Source of the DNA: a virus | Lineage: Duplodnaviria; Caudoviricetes | Virus record (IMG/VR): IMGVR_UViG_3300030393_000016 | Coordinates: 1 to 53,564 of that record | Reading direction: 5' to 3' (one strand) | Length of the DNA: 53,564 nt | Shown here: positions 8,506-17,242 of the stretch, in pieces | Numbering within the stretch: position 1 is the first letter of the stretch | Layout: the number at the start of each line of letters is the position of its first letter | The notes under the pieces: model-generated | Told to the model about the DNA's origin: nothing | The model's database searches: none | The model's input: the letters and a program-made list of their open reading frames with translations, nothing else | Position numbers and translations under genes: made by a program

Positions 8506-8587
8506 ATTTGAATAAAATAATTATTCATATATGTGAATTATATCCATATATGTATTACATTTGTCATGTACAACTTATACAAATATA
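8503..8587. promoter_or_regulatory. Lysis-lysogeny switch region
   Basis: CATATWTG boxes at 8503, 8526 and 8545; rightward TACATTTG at 8556-8563; leftward TATATTTG at 8580-8587. Confidence 0.6.
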
Positions 8588-8661
8588 ATACAATTAGTCT
8601 TTACACAAATAGCAATTAAATGCTATGAGAAGTATCTGCTAAAAATAGAACACAAAATTGT

Positions 8662-8928
8662 ATGATAACACCTGCAATACGAGAGCGCATTAAAACACAT
8701 TTGGGTAGCCATTATATTGACAATGTAATGGAAATATTGAATGAAAAAGGTATCACAAATCGTTTTGGAAACTCTCATAGTGTATCTACTATATCACAGG
8801 TAATGAATCAGCAAAGAAGAAATGCAGATATAGAAAAAGTATTACTTAGTATATATGAAGAAAGTGAAAATGAAATAAAAAAACCCGAGGTGGCCGCCTC
8901 AGGTTTTACACATAAAACTAATCCCTAA
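8662..8928 (+). CDS. Cro-like small DNA-binding protein
   Basis: First early gene; HSVSTISQVMN helix. Confidence 0.55.
   Translation: MITPAIRERIKTHLGSHYIDNVMEILNEKGITNRFGNSHSVSTISQVMNQQRRNADIEKVLLSIYEESENEIKKPEVAASGFTHKTNP
8877..8908 (+). terminator. tR1-like terminator overlapping the 3' end of the Cro-like gene
   Basis: AAAACCCGAGG-TGGCCG-CCTCAGGTTTT. Confidence 0.5.
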
Positions 8929-8939
8929 CGATTAAAATC

Positions 8940-9533
8940 ATGCACAGCAAATCTACAAAAGATAATCAATTTAAGCAAGCTTTTAGTTTGATACCTGGAT
9001 TATTACCTGGCGATCATTCAACCGAATTATTTGGTGATCGAGAAACAAGAAAAGTATATGGAGTAAGCGATGGTAAAACAATTCCATTCTATAACATACC
9101 TCCCACTTTAAAAGCTCAAATTTTTGAGAAAATGCTTAGCGATAAAATCGCCATGCAAGACCTAGAACACCTTCAACATGATGAGGCACTCGAAGAATAT
9201 GCTTTTTGTATTTATGGTGATGCTGATGGTGTGGCTGATTTCACAGAAAATGGCACTAATAATTCATCAGAAAATTTTACCTGCGGAGAAAACTGTAAGT
9301 GTTTAAAATGGAACTCTAAACAAATCTCCATTAATGGTAATAATCTAACTCCAAGAGAGGTACAGGTTACTAAACAATTAGCTAGCGATAAACCTGATAA
9401 GGCTATAGCCGATGAGTTAAAAATCAGCACACACACGCTAACACAGCACAAGCGAAGCTTGTATGAAAAAGCAGGAGTACAAAGTCGTTCAGGACTATTA
9501 GAGAAAGGATACCAACAACGTGTAATACATTAG
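8940..9533 (+). CDS. LuxR-type C-terminal HTH regulator with a Cys cluster
   Basis: LTPREVQVTKQLASDKPDKAIADELKISTHTLTQHKRSLYEK; CGENCKC. Confidence 0.85.
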   Translation: MHSKSTKDNQFKQAFSLIPGLLPGDHSTELFGDRETRKVYGVSDGKTIPFYNIPPTLKAQIFEKMLSDKIAMQDLEHLQHDEALEEYAFCIYGDADGVADFTENGTNNSSENFTCGENCKCLKWNSKQISINGNNLTPREVQVTKQLASDKPDKAIADELKISTHTLTQHKRSLYEKAGVQSRSGLLEKGYQQRVIH

Positions 9534-9535
9534 TT

Positions 9536-9736
9536 ATGGATACATTTTTAATGATACTACACTACGCTGCTACAATTATTTGGATCATAATGATACCCTA
9601 CACGGGCAAATATATACGACTAAGAATAAAAACTAATAGCATTCGCGATGCCTATAGATTAGAAAAACTAATACTGCTATGCTTTGGCCTTTTTGCTATC
9701 TCTTTTATAACCTACATATCAACTTCAACTTTATAA
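9536..9736 (+). CDS. Small two-TM membrane protein
   Basis: Two hydrophobic segments; operonic spacing. Confidence 0.6.
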   Translation: MDTFLMILHYAATIIWIIMIPYTGKYIRLRIKTNSIRDAYRLEKLILLCFGLFAISFITYISTSTL

Positions 9737-9740
9737 TGAT

Positions 9741-10238
9741 ATGAAAGATTTTAGAAAGCAAGAAGAGGAAGCATGGAAAGCTGTTAAAGAACACTATCCC
9801 AACGATTGGCAAAAAATGGTTGCTAATGCTAGAGGAGAAATAAAAAGAACCATTAGGATTAAAAAATATGATGAAACTCCAGAACACACACGTAAAGCCG
9901 TCAGAGAGATTACTCATAACGAAAGCATACTGAATATAAAACCATTAGCATTACTAGCTGCAGCTCATGTAGTAAACTTAGAAAAAGATTTACAGCAACG
10001 CGGTCAAGAATATAATGATAGGGTTTTTAGAATTAATAGAGAATTAAATAAACTAGAAACTATTGACTGGGATGAAAGTCTTAAAATCATTTTAAGAGCT
10101 TTCTATAAAGGTAGGATAGAAAAGATAAATAGATATAGTGAAACTATACTAAATGAAATATTAGAAATAAGACTTCCATTATGTGAAGTTGTAAAAAATA
10201 AATCGAAACCATATATCAATAGGTCATTTAAAGCCTAA
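9741..10238 (+). CDS. Hypothetical phage early protein
   Basis: 165-aa ORF, operonic. Confidence 0.65.
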   Translation: MKDFRKQEEEAWKAVKEHYPNDWQKMVANARGEIKRTIRIKKYDETPEHTRKAVREITHNESILNIKPLALLAAAHVVNLEKDLQQRGQEYNDRVFRINRELNKLETIDWDESLKIILRAFYKGRIEKINRYSETILNEILEIRLPLCEVVKNKSKPYINRSFKA

Positions 10239-10249
10239 TGAATAACAAT

Positions 10250-10335
10250 AGTTTAGTTGAGTAATTTTTTAGTTGGATGAGGCTACAGCAATGTAGTCGC
10301 CCTTACTCTCCCTGTAGCCCATACAGGGAGGGGAT
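10250..10335 (+). ncRNA. Putative structured RNA carrying the host sRNA seed
   Basis: AGTAATTTTTTAGTTGGATG at 10260-10279, followed by hairpins GGCTAC/GTAGTC and CTCCCTGTA/TACAGGGAG. Confidence 0.45.
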
Positions 10336-10363
10336 ATAGGGTTAATCATTAAGTACATTAATT

Positions 10364-10597
10364 ATGAGCAAAGCACAAAGAATAACCCATTTTAAAGAAA
10401 TACTAGCTACTGCAAAAAACTTGCAAGAGGTAGCCAGACAGCAATTAAAATCTGCTACACGTCTCGAAAGTGAAGCAATTTCTGCCCTCGAGGAGCTTGG
10501 GAGTTCCTCTGGGCAGGGTCGCAAGACCGAAGCTCTTACTCCTGAAGAAAAATTAAAATTAATGGCTGGGCTTACAGGAGGTAAAAGCCTAGCATAA
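10364..10597 (+). CDS. Small helical phage protein
   Basis: 77-aa ORF. Confidence 0.6.
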   Translation: MSKAQRITHFKEILATAKNLQEVARQQLKSATRLESEAISALEELGSSSGQGRKTEALTPEEKLKLMAGLTGGKSLA

Positions 10598-10610
10598 CAA
10601 CCACACCACA

Positions 10611-10662
10611 GGCAGGATGCAAATGTATACAGGAGCTACAGGGTTCGAATCCCTTCCTGCCC
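10611..10662 (+). ncRNA. tRNA-like mini-element (acceptor stem + T-arm, no anticodon arm)
   Basis: GGCAGGA...AGGG-TTCGAAT-CCCT-TCCTGCC. Confidence 0.6.
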
Positions 10663-10763
10663 CTAAAACAACACCGGAGGCAAGTAGTACTTGCAATTTA
10701 CCCTAATGCTTGAGGCAGCTTGATAACTGCCTCCGCTGCAGGGAGAAACAACTATTGTTATTT

Positions 10764-12500
10764 ATGAACACACAACGAACCAGTCAAACTACAACAGCTT
10801 TTAACACGGCACAAAATCTTTTCGGGCATGTGTCGCCTAAAGCAGTTGCTAAAGAACCTAAAAAAGATCCTGACTGTTTTAAAGCAGTTTACCCTATGTT
10901 TAATGCTGAGGCATTTAAACTAACGATGGATAATTATAGGCAAAAGGTGAGTGAATATAACACCTCTGTAGAGTGGTTTAATGTAGACGTGTGTAACCAT
11001 AATCAAAACGTTGCTCTTTATTTAAAAAGGAAAGCAACCGACCTGCAAAAAAAGTATGCTGAATATTTCCCTAAGCTCAACAAAGAGCTTTCAATTAAAG
11101 CATACAACGCTGCTGCAGATAAAGCTAATAAAGAGAATGGACCAATAATTCTAAAGAAAGAGTTACAAACAGTAAAACCAAATACTGAACTCTTCTTTCA
11201 GAATTTCATTCATGTCTATAACGGACAACTCGAAAAACACAACAAAGAGTACATCCGCTTTGGTATTAAAACCCCTCGCCCACTACCTCCCATTAAGATC
11301 AATCCGTATTTTATTACGCAATTACAGCGCGCTGAAGGTGTTTTTAGCCTAAAGGTGTGCGCTAGAACTGTACGCAATCATAGAAAGCGATTAGAGGAGG
11401 CTGGAGTACTTGTAAATAGTAATTTTAGAGGACAAAACAGAGCTGTAGAAGTAGAAATTTCCCCCGAAATTTTATTCGTTTATGACGACTTCACACAACA
11501 AATAACATCTCCTGAAAATCAATCGCTTAACTCTTCTGAACGGAAAGAGTTTCCTTATAATAATGATACTACTAGATCATATAAAGAAGAATATAAAGAA
11601 GAGAACGATGCTGTGCAGTCGTTTGTTGATAAGGAGTCGCAAGCGACAACCTCTTCACATTACAAGAACAATTTTTACAAGAGCACCAGAAGCAAGCTAC
11701 AAAATTCACCAGAGGGCGCGCCGAGCGAAAATTTAAAAAAGCCAAAAACATTAAGTGATAATCTACGGGAACAGATACTACATCCGCAGGAACTAGCTGA
11801 ACAACTCACAAATAATGAGTATGATAACCATATCCCTATCGATATAAGGATATTATCAAAAGAAGCTATGTATGGCACAATGCCTAATGAAGAATACAGA
11901 CAGCTGGTGATTCAAGACTTATTCAAGCAATCAGCTAAAATGTGGAGAAACAGTACTCCCTACGTTGGTAGCTGGAAAAATGCAATAAACCACTGGTTAG
12001 AGCTTCGTTTCATGAGCAACATCACGAATAGCGAAAAAGTACCTTGGCATAAAAGCACAATACTCGAGAAGGTAACAGAGTACCGTTGGAGATTAGAGAA
12101 TGCTCGTAGATGGTTCCTGAAATCAAATGTAAAAGTAAAGCCACTCTACCCGTCTGATTATTTCGATACACAACGTAAAACTTCTCGAGAAGTAGGTTTT
12201 GAGTTTACAGAGAAGAACTGGAAAGACCATCTAAAATATACAGCCAAGTTACCTGAGAATAAGCGTAATAAGAAACTTGCAGCTGAAGAAAGAAAGCAAC
12301 GATTAAATGATTCTAAAAAACTTGAGCGAGTAATTAATCGTTTCATAAAAGAGAAAATAACTCTCGATCAACTCATCGAGTATGTACAGCATAATTTGCC
12401 AGAGCAATACTATGATGAACTCCCGAAAACATTACAACAAAAAATGGCCACTGGTGCATTGCCTCCAGGAATAAATATAGTAATCCCTAACAATTATTAA
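10764..12500 (+). CDS. Phage replication initiator-like protein with HTH
   Basis: VCARTVRNHRKRLEEAGVL wHTH, low-complexity linker, early-operon position; ATG at 10764 preferred over TTG at 10710. Confidence 0.6.
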   Translation: MNTQRTSQTTTAFNTAQNLFGHVSPKAVAKEPKKDPDCFKAVYPMFNAEAFKLTMDNYRQKVSEYNTSVEWFNVDVCNHNQNVALYLKRKATDLQKKYAEYFPKLNKELSIKAYNAAADKANKENGPIILKKELQTVKPNTELFFQNFIHVYNGQLEKHNKEYIRFGIKTPRPLPPIKINPYFITQLQRAEGVFSLKVCARTVRNHRKRLEEAGVLVNSNFRGQNRAVEVEISPEILFVYDDFTQQITSPENQSLNSSERKEFPYNNDTTRSYKEEYKEENDAVQSFVDKESQATTSSHYKNNFYKSTRSKLQNSPEGAPSENLKKPKTLSDNLREQILHPQELAEQLTNNEYDNHIPIDIRILSKEAMYGTMPNEEYRQLVIQDLFKQSAKMWRNSTPYVGSWKNAINHWLELRFMSNITNSEKVPWHKSTILEKVTEYRWRLENARRWFLKSNVKVKPLYPSDYFDTQRKTSREVGFEFTEKNWKDHLKYTAKLPENKRNKKLAAEERKQRLNDSKKLERVINRFIKEKITLDQLIEYVQHNLPEQYYDELPKTLQQKMATGALPPGINIVIPNNY

Positions 12501-12502
12501 TC

Positions 12503-12625
12503 ATGTTAAATCTATTCAATGCTCAAATTGAGTGTATTTCAATTCATCAAATCGGGAATAAATCTCGGAATGAAAAAGTTTTTTTATCAGCTGTACCATA
12601 CAGCTTAAGAAAAAAAGTAGAATGA
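12503..12625 (+). pseudogene. 40-aa ORF resembling the N-terminus of the flavobacterial nucleoid-associated protein (YejK/NdpA-like)
   Basis: Hand translation MLNLFNAQIECISIHQIGNKSRNEKVFLSAVPYSLRKKVE; ATGA overlap with the next gene. Confidence 0.55.
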
Positions 12626-13005
12626 TGAATGAAGTAATACGAACAATTCAAACTAATACTGACGGTTGGTTTAAGCACTACATTGAGTTACTTTCAACTC
12701 ACCCAATGCCTGATGTGTTAGAGTACTTATACTCTCCAGATAAGATAGAAATTTACTTAGAAGAAAAAAGAAAGCAATTAACTTTTGAGATACTTGAGTG
12801 GCTAAAACACTCAAAAAAATACATCTATACTGAAACTGGAGAAAAGCTAATTGTAGATGATATTTTTATAGAAAGTAACTTCGAACTACAACTAAATAGA
12901 AGGCAATTTAAGTCTAAACTACTACAAGGTAAATTTTCTATTGAAAGGTTAATATTTTTCAATAAGACTCTTAATGATGAAAACATTTTTAGAAAAATAG
13001 ACTGA
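12622..13005 (+). CDS. Hypothetical phage protein
   Basis: Operonic ORF. Confidence 0.6.
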   Translation: MMNEVIRTIQTNTDGWFKHYIELLSTHPMPDVLEYLYSPDKIEIYLEEKRKQLTFEILEWLKHSKKYIYTETGEKLIVDDIFIESNFELQLNRRQFKSKLLQGKFSIERLIFFNKTLNDENIFRKID

Positions 13006-13006
13006 T

Positions 13007-13252
13007 ATGCCTAAAGTAACCAAAATATTAAATTTAGATATTACCTCTGAGATATTCTTAAACGAATGCTCAGATACAGAAATCTATGAACTATTCATAT
13101 TACTTCAAAGTGATAGATTTCAAGATATCATTCTAAAAGCTCAAGCAGGAGAAGAAGCAATTAATCACCTTAAAAAAGATTTTAATGCCCGCAATAAATT
13201 CAGAGAAGTCGGATGTGAAAATGGTGATACTAACATCACCAGGACAAGCTAA
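13007..13252 (+). CDS. Hypothetical phage protein
   Basis: Operonic ORF. Confidence 0.55.
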   Translation: MPKVTKILNLDITSEIFLNECSDTEIYELFILLQSDRFQDIILKAQAGEEAINHLKKDFNARNKFREVGCENGDTNITRTS

Positions 13253-13415
13253 TAAAACTTGGTATAGCTATGTAAAACATAACGGGCATCCCAAAAATAA
13301 AATTATAGAAGGAATGCTCCGACGATTTAAAGCAAATCCAATATCTAAAATCGCCCAGGTAGTACAGTTCTACGACAATCACACAGGTAATTTAATCCAA
13401 AAATACACATATTAA
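13185..13415 (+). CDS. Hypothetical phage protein (start uncertain)
   Basis: KTWYSY..VVQFYDN; overlaps the previous ORF. Confidence 0.55.
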   Translation: MPAINSEKSDVKMVILTSPGQANKTWYSYVKHNGHPKNKIIEGMLRRFKANPISKIAQVVQFYDNHTGNLIQKYTY

Positions 13416-13417
13416 TA

Positions 13418-13732
13418 ATGGCAACACATTACTTTATACATAACGATCATAATTTACGTACTACTAATAAACTCCAAAAAGCAGTTTCAGAGTACATCAG
13501 ATCATTAAACGGTAAACTAATACTATCGCATGATTTAGAGCATGTAAAGGAATCTATAATTCAAAAAATACTAGAGCTTAATATACAATATAATAGATGT
13601 AAGCCAATAGATCCTCAATTTCATGAAATGCATTCTGGTGAGATATCATTATATGGATTAGATTTTAGTTGTTTACGGATTAGACCAGCTGAATTAAAAT
13701 ACAAACATCATTTCAGAAATCAAGGAGAATGA
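13418..13732 (+). CDS. Hypothetical phage protein
   Basis: Operonic ORF. Confidence 0.6.
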   Translation: MATHYFIHNDHNLRTTNKLQKAVSEYIRSLNGKLILSHDLEHVKESIIQKILELNIQYNRCKPIDPQFHEMHSGEISLYGLDFSCLRIRPAELKYKHHFRNQGE

Positions 13733-14085
13733 AAAAAATAAAACTAGAAAAAGTATCACATTCAGAGGTTGTAGCGTTACAAAGTATATGTCAAGACTAC
13801 AATAGAAGCTTAACAATTAGACTGAAGCCACAACTCAGTGTATTATATTTTGAAACTATACTTTATGTTGATGTTCTCGTAAAATTGGTTTTATTTTTCA
13901 GAACAAAAATAGAAAACAATAGAGATACTCATAACTTCTCTGTTACAATTTCTCAAGCAGTAATTTTACTATACAGCTGTCAACAGACTATTAACTTATA
14001 CTGTGTTGACCCTAGAAATGAATATCTATATCACATAGCTGAGAAGTATAAGAATCTACTGGACCAAAAATTAAAATCAATCTAA
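13729..14085 (+). CDS. Hypothetical phage protein
   Basis: ATGA overlap with the upstream ORF. Confidence 0.6.
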   Translation: MKKIKLEKVSHSEVVALQSICQDYNRSLTIRLKPQLSVLYFETILYVDVLVKLVLFFRTKIENNRDTHNFSVTISQAVILLYSCQQTINLYCVDPRNEYLYHIAEKYKNLLDQKLKSI

Positions 14086-14108
14086 AATAATCCCTAACGA
14101 ATTAAATT

Positions 14109-14657
14109 ATGAGTAAAGAAGAAGTACAGAGTAACAACTTTACCATTACAAAAAGTGAAGTTCAATGTTACAAGTTAAGGAGTAATAACAGTGGTTTATG
14201 GGCAAATATTACAGTAGATAGCACAGGAGCAATACAAATAACATCTGACTACGGTGACTGGCAATACATTTGGAGATCTCCTGGAGAGCCTTTCAAATCA
14301 TTTCTTATTAGTCTTAATATAGAATATTTAGCACTTAATTTTAACTGTAACAACGAGTTTAAACCTGATCTAACGCTGATTGATATGCAAATAGAAATAT
14401 TGCGCGCTAGAAAATGTAATAGAATCACTAATTCACAAGCGAGATTTTGCTTTGATAGAGTAAAGGAAATAAAAAGGAAAAATATAACAGATCTTGATTT
14501 CTTTATTGGTAATTTTTACAATCATACATGGTTTGATATTTTCTCGTTTCCTCCTATTGTAAAAGGTATAGAAAATAGATTTCAGGCTTTTTTTGATTCT
14601 ATATGGACTGCTTTTATTAATGAATTAAAAATTGAACTAGAAAACGATAAATCATGA
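14109..14657 (+). CDS. Hypothetical phage protein
   Basis: ITSDYGDWQYIW motif typical of phage accessory proteins. Confidence 0.6.
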   Translation: MSKEEVQSNNFTITKSEVQCYKLRSNNSGLWANITVDSTGAIQITSDYGDWQYIWRSPGEPFKSFLISLNIEYLALNFNCNNEFKPDLTLIDMQIEILRARKCNRITNSQARFCFDRVKEIKRKNITDLDFFIGNFYNHTWFDIFSFPPIVKGIENRFQAFFDSIWTAFINELKIELENDKS

Positions 14658-15385
14658 AAACACATATATTAGAAACAAACGATTATTCAATTTTCAGTTC
14701 AATAACTGGAAATAGAAATATATCAGTATTAAAAATCAATAAATTGGTAAAGGATATAAACTCTGGTTTTAATATGCTTCCCTATTGCCCTATAATAGTT
14801 TCAAAAACTACTGATGATAAATTCAGTATAATAGATGGCCAGCATAGGTTTGAAGCTAGTAAAGAAACAGGAAATCCAATTTACTATGTAATATGTGATA
14901 CTTTGAGTTTAAATAAGATTGCATTACTAAACAGTAGAGGAGATAAATGGAAACCTTCTGATTTTCTAAACTGTTATATCAAAATTGGTATTCCAGACTA
15001 CATTAAATTAAAATCAATTACAGATAAATATAAAGTTTCTATAAAAGTAGCTGTAGATCTGCTAATGTTTAACAAAGCCAATACAGGTAAACCTTCAGAT
15101 GCTTTCCAGTCTGGAGAATTTAAATGTAAATACCTAGAGGAAACTGAACATCTATTAGATCTTTCTATATCGCTTTTTGGTCGATATGTATTTACTATGG
15201 ATAGACATTTACTTGCTGCTATCCAAAAATTAATAGCATCAGGCAAATGTGACTTCGATATTCTTTCTAAAAAGATTGGCTTAAAACCAGTAAACATGAA
15301 TAAAAATGCAGATACAAAGTCATACCTAAGAAATATTGAAGATATCTACAATTACAAAAACTCAAAAAGACAAGTTCTATACTAA
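14654..15385 (+). CDS. ParB/Srx-like (DGQHR) N-terminal domain protein
   Basis: GNRNI..PIIV..IIDGQHRFEA. Confidence 0.75.
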   Translation: MKTHILETNDYSIFSSITGNRNISVLKINKLVKDINSGFNMLPYCPIIVSKTTDDKFSIIDGQHRFEASKETGNPIYYVICDTLSLNKIALLNSRGDKWKPSDFLNCYIKIGIPDYIKLKSITDKYKVSIKVAVDLLMFNKANTGKPSDAFQSGEFKCKYLEETEHLLDLSISLFGRYVFTMDRHLLAAIQKLIASGKCDFDILSKKIGLKPVNMNKNADTKSYLRNIEDIYNYKNSKRQVLY

Positions 15386-15410
15386 TATCAATAATTGATA
15401 ACAGAAAAAA

Positions 15411-15794
15411 ATGAAACTAATATCTCTAATAATCTTTAAAGTTGCTATATACAACTACCGATCAAAAATAGCACGCAAGACTTACCATAAATATAGAAAA
15501 GAGTTAAAATTATATTTACCTAAAAGCTATTTTCCTTTCAGTAGATTAAACCGTTTAACAGATGAGAACCTGCACAAGCTCCATGAGGCTACATCCATTG
15601 ATAAAGAAAAATTAATTCAACTTCAAAATATCTTAAGAGTTACCTATCAAGATATGTGTTCGTTTTACCTAGCAATAGGGTTTCTGCCTACAAAAGATAT
15701 TGCCATAGGTATAAAACATTTTGGAATCGATCTAGTATTAGAGGCACATAAAAACATTCAAACATCAGCAAATATATCTTATCAGAATGACTAA
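15411..15794 (+). CDS. Hypothetical phage protein
   Basis: ORF. Confidence 0.5.
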   Translation: MKLISLIIFKVAIYNYRSKIARKTYHKYRKELKLYLPKSYFPFSRLNRLTDENLHKLHEATSIDKEKLIQLQNILRVTYQDMCSFYLAIGFLPTKDIAIGIKHFGIDLVLEAHKNIQTSANISYQND

Positions 15795-16215
15795 ATATCT
15801 AGTAGAACTATTATTATTTAAGAACGTTGATGTAGCGGATCAAAAATCCCTCAATATTTTATTACAAAATATTGAGGGAAATGATCTTATAATCCTACTG
15901 GATTTCAGTAAATATGAAACTGATAAAGTAGCTAACCTTAAAGACTATAAAGGACTAATGAATGAAGAATTAGGTGTAAAGCTCAACACTACTATTTTGA
16001 GTGTTAGTTTAGAAATTTATGACGAGGATTTTGATAATACAATTTCAAAAGAAATTAAAGACTACACTATCAAAGCCCTAAAAGAAAGATCTGCCTTTTT
16101 CGAGAAAGAAATAACTACCCAAAAAAAAGGGGGTATACAAACCGTATTATTTATCGATTTATATAACCCCTACCCTAAACATTTTGATCTACAAAAATTT
16201 GTAGATAGTCTGTAA
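15787..16215 (+). CDS. Hypothetical phage protein
   Basis: ORF. Confidence 0.55.
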   Translation: MTKYLVELLLFKNVDVADQKSLNILLQNIEGNDLIILLDFSKYETDKVANLKDYKGLMNEELGVKLNTTILSVSLEIYDEDFDNTISKEIKDYTIKALKERSAFFEKEITTQKKGGIQTVLFIDLYNPYPKHFDLQKFVDSL

Positions 16216-16218
16216 TTT

Positions 16219-16659
16219 CTAGCTCTTTTTAAAAAGAGCTAGAAATCTTTTTCGTTCAGATGCTCTTAATTGCATCCAAACAAATGGATAGCCGAAAGGT
16301 AAAATAAAAACTAAAGCTCCTACTCCACCCCAAAAACTAAACCCACTGATATGATGCCCTGAAAAATCAAGGATCATAAAATTGATAGTTAATGTTACAA
16401 CTGTAGCAATAATACCACTCATCATATCACTTACTTCCATTACACCATTTTTAGTTTTTCCCTGCCAAATCTCGAGGCAAACAACAACTAAAGAAGTAAA
16501 TAGAGCTGCTGTAACTGCAGAAAAATGTGCATTTACACCTACTGTACAAAAACTTTTAAATGTACCCACAAAAAGGAGTACAGCACCAATAGCATGGTCG
16601 ATCCAATCAAAACCCGTAAAGCGCATGATATTTAGCACTTTTAAAAATAAATTTTTCAT
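16219..16659 (-). CDS. Four-TM VanZ-like membrane protein (moron)
   Basis: DH..TM..LEIWQ..EVSDMMSGIIA; own TATTTTTG promoter at 16677-16684 on the minus strand. Confidence 0.55.
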   Translation of the reverse strand: MKNLFLKVLNIMRFTGFDWIDHAIGAVLLFVGTFKSFCTVGVNAHFSAVTAALFTSLVVVCLEIWQGKTKNGVMEVSDMMSGIIATVVTLTINFMILDFSGHHISGFSFWGGVGALVFILPFGYPFVWMQLRASERKRFLALFKKS

Positions 16660-16734
16660 ATAGTTATGTTTTTTGACAAAAATAAAACAAGAAGTTAACT
16701 TTTTTGCTAATTTAGCGTTAGAAAATAATCATTT

Positions 16735-17241
16735 ATGAGTACCTCTCTTGATAAAGTAAAAGCATTACCAAACATCTGTGGTATAGAGATTTCCACTACT
16801 GGTACTATGCTACCTGCTACAATAGAAGGTTACGAACCATTCTATAATACTATACCTTCAGGAGCAGACTTCAAAAAAACATATACAGGCAAAGCAGCTG
16901 TAGCTTTTAGAGAAGAATCTACAGAGAGTAATGCAGGTATCTCTTACAAGCAAAAACTAACAATACAATTTCCTGTATCAGATAAAGCTCGAGCAAAACG
17001 ATTAGCCTATATGCAGCAGGTAAAGTATATCAAAATTGTACTTTCTACAGGTAAAAATTTATTGTTAGGCCGTAATGATTTCGAACAAAATATAAGACCA
17101 CAAGTAACTATAAAAACAGACGAACGTTTAGGCCAGGTAACATTCAATACTGTATCTATATTCCCTACTGGATATACTCCATCATTAGATACAGGACTAC
17201 CTGCAATGTTCCCTATAAGTTTCATTCCTGATAACGATTAA
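16735..17241 (+). CDS. Hypothetical virion-associated protein
   Basis: Beta-rich ORF heading the fibre-like operon. Confidence 0.55.
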   Translation: MSTSLDKVKALPNICGIEISTTGTMLPATIEGYEPFYNTIPSGADFKKTYTGKAAVAFREESTESNAGISYKQKLTIQFPVSDKARAKRLAYMQQVKYIKIVLSTGKNLLLGRNDFEQNIRPQVTIKTDERLGQVTFNTVSIFPTGYTPSLDTGLPAMFPISFIPDND

Positions 17242-17242
17242 T

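Noticed and set aside
10710-10763. TTG start for the replication gene
   Set aside because: Lies inside the structured leader; ATG 10764 has a typical AT-rich initiation context.
11500-11760. Iteron-type origin inside the replication gene
   Set aside because: No convincing repeated iterons were found by eye.
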